Of a DNA stretch of 64,000 bases, positions 1 through 9,818 are shown piece by piece (positions within the stretch are counted from its first letter, which is position 1; each line of letters begins with the position of its first letter). Source of the stretch: Vulgatibacter incomptus. Lineage in GTDB: Bacteria > Myxococcota > Myxococcia > Myxococcales > Vulgatibacteraceae. Under the pieces are notes generated by a model. The model was not told the DNA's origin, searched no databases, and saw only the letters and a list, made by a program, of their open reading frames with translations. The translations under genes were made by a program, and so were the position numbers. The stretch spans positions 3,614,220 to 3,678,219 of the forward strand of contig NZ_CP012332.1 in the NCBI RefSeq assembly GCF_001263175.1. Direction: 5' to 3'.

Positions 1-1
1 G

Positions 2-723
2 CCGAATGACTTCCTCGCCGGCCTCGCCATCGTGCTCGCCTCCATGGCGATCGGCGCGGCCGTCCGCTATCGGGCCCGTGTGCGCGAGCATGAGGTCGAG
101 CAGGCAAAGGCGAGCGAGCGCGAACGGATCGCCCGGGACCTCCACGACTCGGTGGCCCACCACGTCTCCGCGATCGCCATCCGAGCGCAGGCCGGCCTGG
201 CGTTGGCGCCGACGAACCACGAGGCCGCTGTCGACGCGCTTCGCGTCATCGCGACCGAGGCCTCGCGCAGCCTCGCCGAGATGCGGTCGATCGTTCGGTT
301 CCTGCGCGAAAGCGATTCGGCCGATCTCGCGCCTACCCCTCGCATCGCCGACCTGGAGCGTCATTTTGCCGATCGGTCGGCCGGCGCGCCATTGGTCGCC
401 ATCGACATCTCTGGCGACGTCGACGGCCTCTCGCCCACGGTCTCCGCGGCCGTCTTTCGGCTCGCTCAGGAGTCGATCACGAACGCCCGGCGGCACGCGC
501 GGAACGCGACCCGGATCCAGGTCGAGGTCGCCGCCGACGAGGCGTCGGTGCGCCTTCGAATCTGCGACGATGGCGATCCGTCCACCTCCGCGACGGGGGG
601 CTACGGGCTGACCGGCATGAGCGAGCGAACGGCGCTCCTGGGCGGCTCCTTCCGAGCGGGGCCGAACCCCGAGCGCGGCTGGACGGTGGCCGCCGAGCTG
701 CCCCGGCGAGGAACGAACGCGTG
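2..723 (+). CDS. Sensor histidine kinase, C-terminal part (HisKA_3 dimerisation/phosphoacceptor plus HATPase_c). The 5' end is truncated by the window edge.
   Basis: The frame is open from nt 2 and the hydrophobic helix continues upstream. It has an H-box 'LHDSVAHHVSAIAIRAQAG' typical of NarL-type kinases and a C-terminal ATPase G-box-like 'GGYGLTGMSERTALLGG'. The stop overlaps the start of the downstream LuxR-type regulator. Confidence 0.8.
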
Positions 724-1365
724 AACATTCGAGTGATCGTCGCCGACGACCAGGAGATCGTCCGCACCGGACTCCAGCTGATCCTCGACGCCCAGCCCGG
801 CATCGAGGTGGTGGGCGTCGCCGCAGACGGCGAGCGGGCCGTGGAGCTGGCCCTCGAGCTTCGCCCCGACGTGTGCCTCGTCGACATCCGGATGCCCGGC
901 GTCGACGGAATCGAGGCGACCCGACGCCTCGCGGGCTCGAACATCGCGGTCGTCGTGATCACCACCTTCGACCACGACGACTACGTGTACGCCGCACTGA
1001 AGGCAGGCGCCCGCGGCTTCCTGCTGAAGGACGCCGGCCCCGAGCTGCTGGCCCAGGCAATCCGCGCCGCCGCGAGAGGCGACGCCCTGATCGCCCCGAA
1101 CATCACCGCACGGCTCCTCTCCTCGTTCGCCGCCGCTCGGCCCGACGCGCCGCGACCGAAGCCGAGCGACGACCTCACCGACCGGGAGGAAGAGGTCCTT
1201 CTCTGCGTGGCCCGGGGGCTGACCAACGACGAGATCGCAGGCGAGCTCCGCATCAGCCTCAGCACCGCCAAGAGCCACATCGCCAGCCTCATGAACAAGC
1301 TCGGCGGCCGCAACCGGGTCGAGCTCGCGATCTGGGCCTACGAGAGCGGTCGCATCCGGGTCTGA
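721..1365 (+). CDS. NarL/LuxR-family response regulator (REC plus LuxR HTH)
   Basis: The N-terminus 'IRVIVADDQEIVRTGL...VCLVDIRMPGVDGIEA' is a receiver domain. The C-terminus 'LTDREEEVLLCVARGLTNDEIAGELRISLSTAKSHIASLMNKLG' is a LuxR HTH. There is a 4-nt overlap with the upstream kinase. Confidence 0.9.
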   Translation: MNIRVIVADDQEIVRTGLQLILDAQPGIEVVGVAADGERAVELALELRPDVCLVDIRMPGVDGIEATRRLAGSNIAVVVITTFDHDDYVYAALKAGARGFLLKDAGPELLAQAIRAAARGDALIAPNITARLLSSFAAARPDAPRPKPSDDLTDREEEVLLCVARGLTNDEIAGELRISLSTAKSHIASLMNKLGGRNRVELAIWAYESGRIRV

Positions 1366-1464
1366 CTGGCCGAAAGTACGACGCCGCCGTCCACCTTCCG
1401 GCCCAGTCGGATTTGACCGTTGGGCCAATGGGTTCGCGGCCGCGCGCTCGATATCTCGTCGGCC

Positions 1465-2139
1465 ATGACTCGAACGGCCGGCAAGCGAAGCAAATCTCCC
1501 TCACCGTGGCGCGTGCCCGCGCTCCTGATCGCGCTGAGCGTGATCCCGATCGTCGGCGGCGCCGCGCGCGTGGGCGAGCTGGCTGGCAATCCGGCCGTCA
1601 CGGAGGAGAACGCGCGGTTCGTCGCGGCCCCCATCCCCGTGGTGCTCCACATCGTCGGCGCTAGCCTCTGGTCCCTGCTCGGCGCGTTCCAGACCTCCCC
1701 TGCCGTTCGCCGCCGCAACCCTGGCTGGCACCGCAAGACGGGCCGCGTGCTGGCTCCCCTCGGGCTCATCGTCGCCTTTACGGGCCTATGGATGACCTGC
1801 TTCTATCCGCGAGCCGCCTTCGACGGCCCGCTGGTCGATCTCTTCCGGTTCGCGGCGGGCTCGGCGATGGCCATCTCGATCGGCCTCGGCATCTCGGCGA
1901 TCCGACGGCGTGACGTCTTCGCGCACGGCGCCTGGATGATTCGCGGATACGCGATCGGCCTCGGCGCCGGCACGCAGGTCCTCACCCACATTCCCTGGTT
2001 CCTGTTCCCCGGCATCCAGGGCGAGCTCAGCCGAGCGCTCTGCATGGGCGCCGGCTGGGCGATCAACGTCGCGGTGGCCGAGTGGATCATCCACAGGCGG
2101 TCCTTCCTTCGGGCGCCCTCCCCCCTCGCGATCCGATGA
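1465..2139 (+). CDS. Integral membrane protein (DUF2306-like, several TM helices)
   Basis: ORF with multiple hydrophobic helices (LLIALSVIPIVGG..., LAPLGLIVAFTGLWMTCFY..., GAGWAINVAVAEWII). The ATG at 1465 is preferred over the upstream in-frame start at 1420. Confidence 0.6.
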   Translation: MTRTAGKRSKSPSPWRVPALLIALSVIPIVGGAARVGELAGNPAVTEENARFVAAPIPVVLHIVGASLWSLLGAFQTSPAVRRRNPGWHRKTGRVLAPLGLIVAFTGLWMTCFYPRAAFDGPLVDLFRFAAGSAMAISIGLGISAIRRRDVFAHGAWMIRGYAIGLGAGTQVLTHIPWFLFPGIQGELSRALCMGAGWAINVAVAEWIIHRRSFLRAPSPLAIR

Positions 2140-2161
2140 CCGAAGCACGAAAGGAACACAT

Positions 2162-2527
2162 ATGTACCGCCGTCTGGCCGCTATTGCCGTGCTCGCCTCC
2201 ACGCTTCTCTCCACCGGTTGCGCCCTGCGCCTGACCAATTTCTCTATTCTCTCCACGAAGAACAAAATGCTCGACGCCGACTCGGAGCGAGGTGAAATGG
2301 TCAAGGGATTGGACTGCGTTCCGGTCGTCCTGGTCCATTGGGGCGAGCCCAGCCTGGAGGCGGCCATCAACAAGGCGATCGAGAGCGCGGGGCCGGGCTA
2401 TGACGCCCTGATCGATGGCGCGGTCTACCACCGCTACGAGTACGTCTTCTTCGGGCGCGACTGTTGGGAGGTCGAAGGAATCGCCGTATCCCGCGCGACC
2501 ACCACCAAGACGACTTCGGGGCTCTAG
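2162..2527 (+). CDS. Small lipoprotein
   Basis: The RBS 'aaaggaacacatATG' is strong. The signal peptide has a lipobox, 'MYRRLAAIAVLASTLLSTGC'. Length 121 aa. Confidence 0.6.
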   Translation: MYRRLAAIAVLASTLLSTGCALRLTNFSILSTKNKMLDADSERGEMVKGLDCVPVVLVHWGEPSLEAAINKAIESAGPGYDALIDGAVYHRYEYVFFGRDCWEVEGIAVSRATTTKTTSGL

Positions 2528-2539
2528 CAGGCCCCGAAG
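2514..2539 (+). terminator. Stem-loop overlapping the lipoprotein stop codon (9-bp stem CTTCGGGGC / GCCCCGAAG, 8-nt loop). It has no U-tract.
   Basis: A perfect inverted repeat seen directly in the sequence at the gene end. There is no T-run, which is usual for intrinsic terminators in high-GC genomes. Confidence 0.25.
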
Positions 2540-2542
2540 CCC

Positions 2543-3598
2543 TTGCGTAGACCGAGCTCGTCGAAGGACAACAGAGGCATGTACCTCGTCGCTCACGCCT
2601 CGCGCCGAGCGCGGCTGGCGCTCTGCTCTTTGGACGCGCACATGATCCCTGAAAACGAGCTTCACGCCTCCCTTCGCTACCTGGAGTCCGACGAGGCCCT
2701 CGAGAGCCTCGCCGCCGACGCCTACTGGCCAAAATGGGACTCGCCGTGGTGGCAGATGCGGCTCCTCCACGAGCTGGGCGAGACGAAGCTCATCCCGAAG
2801 GCCGCGATCCGTGCCCACGTCGAAGCGCTCGACCGCATGCCGGTGAAGTTCTTTCCGATCGAGCCGGGCGAGCTGCCTGACGGCGTCGACCCGTTTCGCG
2901 GCACCCCTTGCCACTGCCAGCTCGGCACCGTGTACCAGGTGCTCTCTGCATGGGGAGTCGACGTCGACCGCGAGCTTCCGTGGATACGGAGCTGGCTGCT
3001 GCGCTACCAGATGCCCGACGGTGGCCTCAACTGCGACAGCGACGCATACCTCGTGAAGAACGAAGTTCCGAGCTCGATGGTCGGCACGATCTCCGCCTTC
3101 GAAGCGATCTTGCTCCACACCCCGAGGCAGTGGACGGCGGAGGAGCGAGCCTTTCTCGAACGGGGCGCCCAGTTCTTGATCGAGAGACGCCTCGTGCTGG
3201 GTTCCTCCACGCGCCGCAACGCCGCAGAGCGCGCGAGCGCCGAGCTATGGCCGCAGCTCTGCTTCCCACGCTTCTACTTCTACGACGTGCTTCGCGGGCT
3301 GTCCGCGCTCCTCGCCTGGTCCGAGAAGGTCGGCCAGCCACCGCCTGAAGCCGCCCTCGAGGTCGCCTCCACTCTGCGCGCGCGTTTTCCCGACGGCGAC
3401 GTTCGCATCGGGCGCCAACCTTTCGTCGGCAACACGCGGGGTCGAGACGCGAACGGGGTATGGGAGCGCCGTCCAGCGGCGCAGTTCCCACTTTTGGTGA
3501 GCGTCAGCGAAGCGGGTCGGGTGTCACCGTTCCTCTCCCGCGAGTGGGCCCAGGCGGAGGCGCGAATCGCAGCCCTGTCCGCAAAACACGGCCCCTGA
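2543..3598 (+). CDS. Hypothetical protein, possibly a prenyltransferase / terpene-cyclase-like alpha-alpha toroid repeat protein
   Basis: Long ORF with coding-like codon usage. It has 'QMPDGGLN' and several W-rich repeats that recall QxxDGGW motifs. The alternative start is the ATG at 2579. The function is not secure. Confidence 0.45.
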   Translation: MRRPSSSKDNRGMYLVAHASRRARLALCSLDAHMIPENELHASLRYLESDEALESLAADAYWPKWDSPWWQMRLLHELGETKLIPKAAIRAHVEALDRMPVKFFPIEPGELPDGVDPFRGTPCHCQLGTVYQVLSAWGVDVDRELPWIRSWLLRYQMPDGGLNCDSDAYLVKNEVPSSMVGTISAFEAILLHTPRQWTAEERAFLERGAQFLIERRLVLGSSTRRNAAERASAELWPQLCFPRFYFYDVLRGLSALLAWSEKVGQPPPEAALEVASTLRARFPDGDVRIGRQPFVGNTRGRDANGVWERRPAAQFPLLVSVSEAGRVSPFLSREWAQAEARIAALSAKHGP

Positions 3599-3620
3599 CC
3601 GGCCCGAAGGATCGACAGCC

Positions 3621-3720
3621 AGCCCAACGGATCTCGCCCTGAGGCCCAGCTTCGCCCCAGGGGAAGCGTGCGCGGCCACCGCCTAGGGCGCCTGGGCCTG
3701 AGGCGTGCATCCGTCGAGGT
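3621..3720 (+). pseudogene. Remnant of a lysR-family gene (3' fragment)
   Basis: About 32 nt are identical and about 50 nt diverged relative to nt 5918-6000 inside the intact LysR gene (acggatctcgccctgaggcccagcttcgcccc...). There is no intact ORF here. Confidence 0.4.
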
Positions 3721-3782
3721 CGGCCGGGCGTGACCGAGGCCACGTGCCACGCTAGCGGTAACGACGACGAAGGACCCATGGT

Positions 3783-4514
3783 ATGAGGAGTGCGATGACC
3801 TTCAACGTTAACGTCTCGACCGGTGGGCGGCGCTCGGCTCGACCCGGTGCACGGCCGACACTTCGTGCGCTTCTCTTGACCATCCTCGCAGGCACGATCG
3901 CATCGGGATGTTCGGGCTGCTCGAGGAAACTGCAGGAGAAGGGGTTGCACCAGCACGCACTCAACATGTGCGATGCGCTGACCCACGAGAGTCCGAGCTC
4001 TTGTCGAGCGGAGGTCGAGCGCAGATTCCCCGAGTGCGGCCGGCCGTTTCTCGACATGGAGACCAACTTCGAAGCCTACGCAGAGTGCTTGGGGTTCGTT
4101 CTCCCAAAGGCCGACTCGACGCCCGCTCTATTCCTGGGCGAATGCGGGGCGCCTTTCATTTTGGCGAAGGTCTCGATTTCGCTGGCGACGACCGCTCGAA
4201 CGGACGGGAGCGAACCCCGCGAGTTGGGTGGCCGGACGCAGTATGTCTCCAAAACGCCCCTGCTCAGCAAACCAGATCTAACCCATCTTCGCCTCGAAGA
4301 GCACGGAGGAGTGCGCTTCGTCCTACTAGAGGTCTCCGAGGAAGCGGCCCAAAGGCTCGAAGCAACCACCCGGGCCAACATTGGGGAATCCTTGCTGATT
4401 GCGGTGAACGGATTCGAGATTGCGCCGGAAATTACTTCGGCCATCTCCTTCGGACCGGGGCTCTTCCTGGCTGCACCGGACGCAGAGATTCAGGAATTGT
4501 GTCGAGACCCCTGA
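3783..4514 (+). CDS. Hypothetical lipoprotein sitting in a lower-GC patch
   Basis: The signal peptide has a Cys lipobox (LTILAGTIASGCSGC). It is 243 aa. Its GC is visibly lower than its surroundings (many AAC/TTC/AAA codons). Confidence 0.55.
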   Translation: MRSAMTFNVNVSTGGRRSARPGARPTLRALLLTILAGTIASGCSGCSRKLQEKGLHQHALNMCDALTHESPSSCRAEVERRFPECGRPFLDMETNFEAYAECLGFVLPKADSTPALFLGECGAPFILAKVSISLATTARTDGSEPRELGGRTQYVSKTPLLSKPDLTHLRLEEHGGVRFVLLEVSEEAAQRLEATTRANIGESLLIAVNGFEIAPEITSAISFGPGLFLAAPDAEIQELCRDP

Positions 4515-4634
4515 GTCGCTCCTATGGCGAAGGCAAAGGGCATTCGACGACGGCTGCCCCCCGGTTCCGACCTCAGGCCTGTCCGCAGACACCGTCCCTG
4601 ATTGGCCCGAAGAATTCTCGGAAACGTGGAGCCG

Positions 4635-5447
4635 TCACGCGTCGGCCGAAACCTCGATCCATAGCGCAGCAGCCGCCTCGGTAGCCGCGGCCACGGCGAC
4701 GCTTCCGGCGTGGACCTCCGCGCCCTCCCCCTTCTCGAGCCGCAGGCCGCTCGTCAGCGCAACGGGCGCGTCCATCGCGAGCAGATAGCCCGCGCGCCTC
4801 GGGGCGACGTCCAGTCGCTCCTCGCGCCCGGCGACGAGGTCGAGCCACCAGACCTTCGCCGGTGAGCGCATCGGCATGCCGTCGTCGCCAGCGACGAGGT
4901 GCCGCCCGCCGGCGGGAGCGAACGGGATCTCCCGGTGGAAGTACCGGGCCTCTCCGCCGTGCTCGTTCGGCCGGAACCAAATCTGCAGCATGTGCGTCTC
5001 GCCGTCCGTGTCGTTCCCTTCGGCGTGAACCATTCCGTTCCGCGCCGAGATGAGCTGCGCCTGGCGCGCACGAAGCGTCGCGCCGTGCTCCTGATCGCCA
5101 TGGTGGCTGAGCTCGCCCCGGACGACGAGGCTGAGGATCTCCATCTCGCGGTGCGGATGGAGGGGGAAGCGGGAGCTCGGAGCGAAGGTCGCGTCCGCCA
5201 GGACGAGGAGCGGCCCGAAGGGGCGCCCGGCGCCGGCGTTCGGGCCGACCGTGGCGACGAAGTGGTCGCGCAGGTGAAGCCACGAGAGCTTGGTAGTGGG
5301 GAGAGACGACAACGGACGATGCTTCGGATCGGCCACGGGAGGGACTCCGGGAGAAGGGTTGCAGCCCAGGGCGGTCAAGGCGAGCCAACCGCTCGCCGCC
5401 TTGACGAAGGCTCTGCGCGAGATGCGCTCGTCGAGTTCTTCGCTCAT
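4635..5447 (-). CDS. Pirin-family (cupin) protein with a Tat signal
   Basis: 'RRAFVKAASGWLALTALG' is a twin-arginine signal. The pirin/cupin core reads 'FPLHPHREMEILSLVVRGELSHHGDQEHG...HAEGND'. It is divergent from a LysR gene. Confidence 0.8.
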   Translation of the reverse strand: MSEELDERISRRAFVKAASGWLALTALGCNPSPGVPPVADPKHRPLSSLPTTKLSWLHLRDHFVATVGPNAGAGRPFGPLLVLADATFAPSSRFPLHPHREMEILSLVVRGELSHHGDQEHGATLRARQAQLISARNGMVHAEGNDTDGETHMLQIWFRPNEHGGEARYFHREIPFAPAGGRHLVAGDDGMPMRSPAKVWWLDLVAGREERLDVAPRRAGYLLAMDAPVALTSGLRLEKGEGAEVHAGSVAVAAATEAAAALWIEVSADA

Positions 5448-5490
5448 GTCCTCTCGAATATCGCCGGCAGGTCGCGTTGAACATGCGCGC

Positions 5491-5513
5491 GGACGCACAT
5501 AGGATGTGCGTCC
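5491..5513. promoter_or_regulatory. Perfect 10-bp inverted repeat (GGACGCACAT-agg-ATGTGCGTCC) abutting the LysR start codon, in the pirin/lysR divergent intergenic region
   Basis: Seen directly in the sequence. Both its position and its palindromic form fit a LysR autoregulatory or operator site. Confidence 0.4.
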
Positions 5514-6329
5514 ATGCACGCATCGTGGGACGACATCCGGACGATCGAGGCGCTGGTCCGAACCGGAAGCCTGGCCGCCGCCGCACGTGAGCTCTCGCTA
5601 CGGCACACGACCGTCTCCCGCCGCGTCGAGGCGCTCGAGCGATCGCTCGGGATGCAGCTCTTCCTCCGTGGAGCGCGCCTGCGACCCACGCCCATGGCGC
5701 TCTCGATCGCGGAGCGCGCCAGCGAAATGCGGAGCCGCGCGCACGAGATCGAAGGGCTCGTCGAGAGGGAGCGCCGGCGGGGCGAGGGCAGGCTCGTCGT
5801 CACGACCAACGAGGTCCTCTCCCCGCTGCTGTTTGGCGCGCTCCGCGCGGCAGCGCTCGACGTCCAGGTCGACGTCGTCGTCACGGACATCGAGAGGGAG
5901 CTCGAGCCCGGCGTGACGGATCTCGCCCTGAGGCCCAGCTTCGCCCCGGGCGGAAGCCTGCGCGGCCAAAGCCTCGGACGCCTGCGCCTCGGCATCTACC
6001 GGACCCGCCACGCGCGGGAGGAGTGGATCCTGCCGTCGGAGAGCCTTCGCTCTCGAGCGTCGATGAGGTGGTGGAGCGCCATCCCCGACGACGCGTCGTC
6101 GCGCCTCACCTGCGACTCACTCTTCGCCATGCGCGAGGCCTGCGTCGCCGGGCTCGGCCGCTGCGTCATCCCTTCGTTCCTGGCCGAGGGCGACTCGCGC
6201 CTCGAGCGGGTGCGGGAGGTAGAGGGGGGCACGCCGGTGTGGCTGCTCTCTCCGCCCGCCAGAGGATCGAGTCCGTCGATGCGAGCCCTCGCCGCGGCGC
6301 TACGCGCGATCCCCGGCGCCTGGGCCTGA
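5514..6329 (+). CDS. LysR-family transcriptional regulator
   Basis: The N-terminal wHTH 'IRTIEALVRTGSLAAAARELSLRHTTVSRRVEALERSLGMQLF' is classic LysR. It is divergent from the pirin gene. Confidence 0.85.
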   Translation: MHASWDDIRTIEALVRTGSLAAAARELSLRHTTVSRRVEALERSLGMQLFLRGARLRPTPMALSIAERASEMRSRAHEIEGLVERERRRGEGRLVVTTNEVLSPLLFGALRAAALDVQVDVVVTDIERELEPGVTDLALRPSFAPGGSLRGQSLGRLRLGIYRTRHAREEWILPSESLRSRASMRWWSAIPDDASSRLTCDSLFAMREACVAGLGRCVIPSFLAEGDSRLERVREVEGGTPVWLLSPPARGSSPSMRALAAALRAIPGAWA

Positions 6330-6478
6330 GGATTGATCGAAGCGCCCGATCGGAGTCGGTCCTGACGGAATTCAGGGAGGTGCGAAACGGGGCCGTGTCC
6401 ACGAGCCGATCGTTCCGGCCTCGAGCTTGACACGTCGATCACCGCGTGAGACTGGCGCGCACTTCGAACCTGGGATCG

Positions 6479-8583
6479 ACATGCACGTACACCTCCGTAT
6501 CGCCGTACCGCTCTGGCTCCTTGCCCTCTCGACCACTGGCTTCCTCGGATGCGGCAGCGCCGACGATACGTCGCACCAGGGAGGCAGCGGCGGCGAGTCA
6601 GGCACCTGCTCGGTGGGTGAAATCAGGTGCGCCGGACAGATCCCGCTGACGTGCAACGCCGAGGGCGCCTGGGTCGCCGGAGAGGCCTGCGAATTCGCCT
6701 GCGTCGAAGGCGACTGCACCGGCGAGTGCGTGGCCGGAAGCGAGCGGTGCGACGGACTCGTCCCGCAGCGCTGCAACGCCGAAGGCGCCTGGGTGACCGG
6801 AGAGGCCTGCCAATTCGCCTGTAGCGGGGGAGCCTGCGCCGGCGGGTGCGCGGCGGGAAGCGAGCGGTGCGACGGACTCGTCCCGCAGCGCTGCGATTCG
6901 GAGGGCGCCTGGGTCGCCGGCGAGGCCTGCGAGTACGCCTGCAGCGCGGGCGCCTGCATCGGCGCGTGCGTGCCTGGGAGCACGCAGTGCGACGGCCTCA
7001 TCCCCGAGACCTGTAACGCCGAGGGCGTCTGGGTAGCCGGCGATGCTTGCGAGTACGCCTGCAGCGCGGGCGCCTGCATCGGCGCGTGCGTGCCTGGGAG
7101 CACGCAGTGCGACGGCCTCATCCCCGAGACCTGTAACGCCGAGGGCGCCTGGGTCGCAGGGGATGCCTGCGAATTCGTCTGCACCGAGGGCGGCTGCACC
7201 GGCGAATGTGTGCCCGGGACCGGGCGGTGCGAGGACCTGATCCCCGAGACCTGCAGCGCAGAGGGCGCCTGGGTCGCCGGGGATGCCTGCGAGTTCGTCT
7301 GCGCCGAGGGCGACTGTGCCGGCGAGTGCGTGCCCGGGACCGGGCGGTGCGAGGACCAGATTCCCGAGACCTGCAGCGCCGAGGGCGCCTGGGTCGCCGG
7401 GGACGCCTGCGAGTTCCTGTGCACCGCAGGCATTTGCACCGGCGAATGCGCGCCTGGCGATCAACGGTGCAGAGACGCTTCGACGGTTGAGACGTGTGAC
7501 GCCACCGGGAGCTGGGCCGCGACCACCTGCCCGTATTCCTGCTCCGCTCGGCTGAACCAGTGCGCGTGCGACCCCGGCTATGTCGGCGACGGCTTTGCCT
7601 GTACGCCGATCGACTTCTGCAATGCTCTTAACGGCGGATGCTCGCCGCAGGCGACGTGCTCGCAGGTCGGCGCCACGCCGACCTGTTCCTGCAACCCGGG
7701 GTTCTACGGCGACGGGTTCTCGTGCACCGTCCCCGTGACGCTCATCGACGAAGGTTTCGACGACATCTCACAGCTCCCAGCGCGGGGCTGGTCGTTCGAG
7801 AACCTGAGCGCTCCGCCCGGAATCGTCTCCTGGTTCCAGGGCAACAACGTTTCCAACGGAGGCCCGTTCGATGCCTTCGACGGGAATGCGAACGGCTACA
7901 TCGGCGTGAACTTCAACAGCACCGCGGGCTCCGGAACCATCAGCAACTGGCTCGTCTCGGAGCCGGTGAATTTCGGAGGACAGGCAGCGCTCTCGTTCTA
8001 CACACGTGCGGCGGATGGCCCGACCCGCTACGCCGACCGCATCGAGGTTCGGGCCTGCCCGCAGCTACCCTGCGCCCTGCCAGAGGACAGCGGCTCCGTC
8101 GGCGACTACTCGATCCTCCTCGGCGCGGTGAACCCGACGCTCGTCTCCAACGGCTACCCCTCCGCCTGGACGCGCTTCGAGTACACCAACGCCGCCGGCA
8201 TTCCCTGGTCGGGCAGCGGCCGCTTCGCGATCCGATATTTCGTCACGAACGGTGGCCCCACCGGGGCCAACAGTGACTACATCGGCATTGATCGGCTCGT
8301 CATGTCGGCAGGTGCCCCCGCGTATGCGGTGGGCGGCGTCGTGAGCGGCCTGAACGCGGGCACCGTCGTCCTTTGGCTGAACGGGAGCGAGCTGCTGACG
8401 GTCACCGGGGACGGGGCATTCTCGTTCTCCCACAGGCTCGACAGCGGCACGCCCTGGTCTGTCCGCGTCCATCAGCAGCCCCCGGGCCATTTCTGCACCA
8501 TCACGACCTACGCGGGAACGATCGCGGCGGCGGACGAAGGCAGCGTCCACGTCGCATGCGTGCCGGAATCTCCCGTGCGGTGA
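6479..8583 (+). CDS. Secreted/lipo Cys-rich repeat protein. It has about eight 40-aa 'C..G..RC.G..P..CNAEGAWV.GEAC.F.C..G.C.G.C' repeats, EGF-like modules and a C-terminal choice-of-anchor-J-like beta domain.
   Basis: The signal peptide with Cys ('LALSTTGFLGCGS') follows the GTG/ATG at 6479; the ORF track starts earlier at 6427. The repeats are near-identical at DNA level. 'CACDPGYVGDGFACTPIDFCNALNGGCSP...CSCNPGFYGDGFSCT' is EGF-like. There is an inverted paralog at 50743-52572. Confidence 0.8.
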
Positions 8584-8636
8584 TCGCCCTGCGGGCCTCG
8601 CTGATGCAGCCCGCGAGGCCGATGGTGGGTACAACG

Positions 8637-9818
8637 CTATCGGGGCAGCGCAGCGGCTGGGACTCCGGTCGAAACGACCGGCCGCTGCTCGCCCGTCTCC
8701 CACGGAATTGCCGGCCACCAGCGCTCGACCGCCGGCAGGGTGTCCGGCTCGAAGGACTGGCCCGGCCGCGGCGTCACCACGGTCGACTCCGATCGCGCGG
8801 CGGCCGTCAGCGTGCGCTCCACCGGCTCGGTCCAACCGTGGTACGCGAGCTCGAGCAAGCCCCAGTGGATGGGGAGCAGGACACGACCGCGAACCATGCG
8901 GTGGGCCATCACCGCTTGCTCGGGCCCGAGATGCCAGTCCGGCCACGTGGGGTGATACTGGCCCGCTTCGATCATGGTGAGGTCGAACGGACCGAGCTTC
9001 GCGCCGATCTCGTTCATCGCCGGAAAGAGGCCGGTGTCGCCAGAGAAGTAGACGCGATGCTTGCTGCCGACGAAGGCGTAGCCTGCCCAGAGCGTCGCGT
9101 CTTTGTCGAGGACGGTGCGACCCGACGCGTGGCGCGCCGGTGTGGCCACGATCGAGAGGTCGCCGATCGGCGTCGACTCCCACCAATCGAGCTCAACGAT
9201 CCGAGCTTCGGGGATGCCCCAATAGGCGAGGTGCGCACCGACGCCCAGCGGCACGATGAACGTCGTGTCCCAGCTCTTCATCGCGGCGAGCGTGGGGTAG
9301 TCGCAATGATCGTAGTGGTCGTGCGAGATCACGACCGCATCGATGTGCGGAAGGTCCGCGAGCGGCACGAGCGGCTCGAACCACCGCGTGGGTCCGATGC
9401 CGTCGATGGGTCCTACCCTCTCGCTCCAGACCGGATCGGTCAACACGCGATACCCGTCGATCTCGACGAGCGTGGTCGAGTGCCCGAGCCACGTGACGCG
9501 CAACCCCGAGGGCGGCGCCTGGGCGAAGGTCTTGGGATCGACGGGGCTCGTCGGCATCGGTTCCGCGGGGCGGCGCGGCGGACTCGGATCGCGCATGGCC
9601 GCGAGCGATCTCCAGAGATCGTTCACGAGCGGCTCGGGATTCTCGAAGTGGCCGTCCTTCCACTGCGGCGAGTGCACCATGCGCTCGCGCCGAGCGCCGG
9701 TGGCCCGATGACCGAACGCGGTCCAGCCGTCGATCACAGCGAGCACGATGGCCAAGAGAAGTGCGGCGCCCGTCCAAACGAGGACCATGCGAACCACGCG
9801 ACCGATCTTCGCCATCAC
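8637..9818 (-). CDS. MBL-fold metallo-hydrolase (NAPE-PLD / beta-lactamase_3-like) with an N-terminal TM anchor
   Basis: 'TWLGHSTTLVEIDGYRVLTDPVW' and 'VVISHDHYDHCDY' (HxHxDH metal motif). There is an N-terminal hydrophobic segment. Confidence 0.8.
   Translation of the reverse strand: MMAKIGRVVRMVLVWTGAALLLAIVLAVIDGWTAFGHRATGARRERMVHSPQWKDGHFENPEPLVNDLWRSLAAMRDPSPPRRPAEPMPTSPVDPKTFAQAPPSGLRVTWLGHSTTLVEIDGYRVLTDPVWSERVGPIDGIGPTRWFEPLVPLADLPHIDAVVISHDHYDHCDYPTLAAMKSWDTTFIVPLGVGAHLAYWGIPEARIVELDWWESTPIGDLSIVATPARHASGRTVLDKDATLWAGYAFVGSKHRVYFSGDTGLFPAMNEIGAKLGPFDLTMIEAGQYHPTWPDWHLGPEQAVMAHRMVRGRVLLPIHWGLLELAYHGWTEPVERTLTAAARSESTVVTPRPGQSFEPDTLPAVERWWPAIPWETGEQRPVVSTGVPAAALPR

Noticed and set aside
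601-1664. Minus- and plus-strand long ORFs overlapping the kinase/regulator pair (601-1428 -, 873-1664 +)
   Set aside because: They are out of frame or antisense to the well-supported two-component genes.
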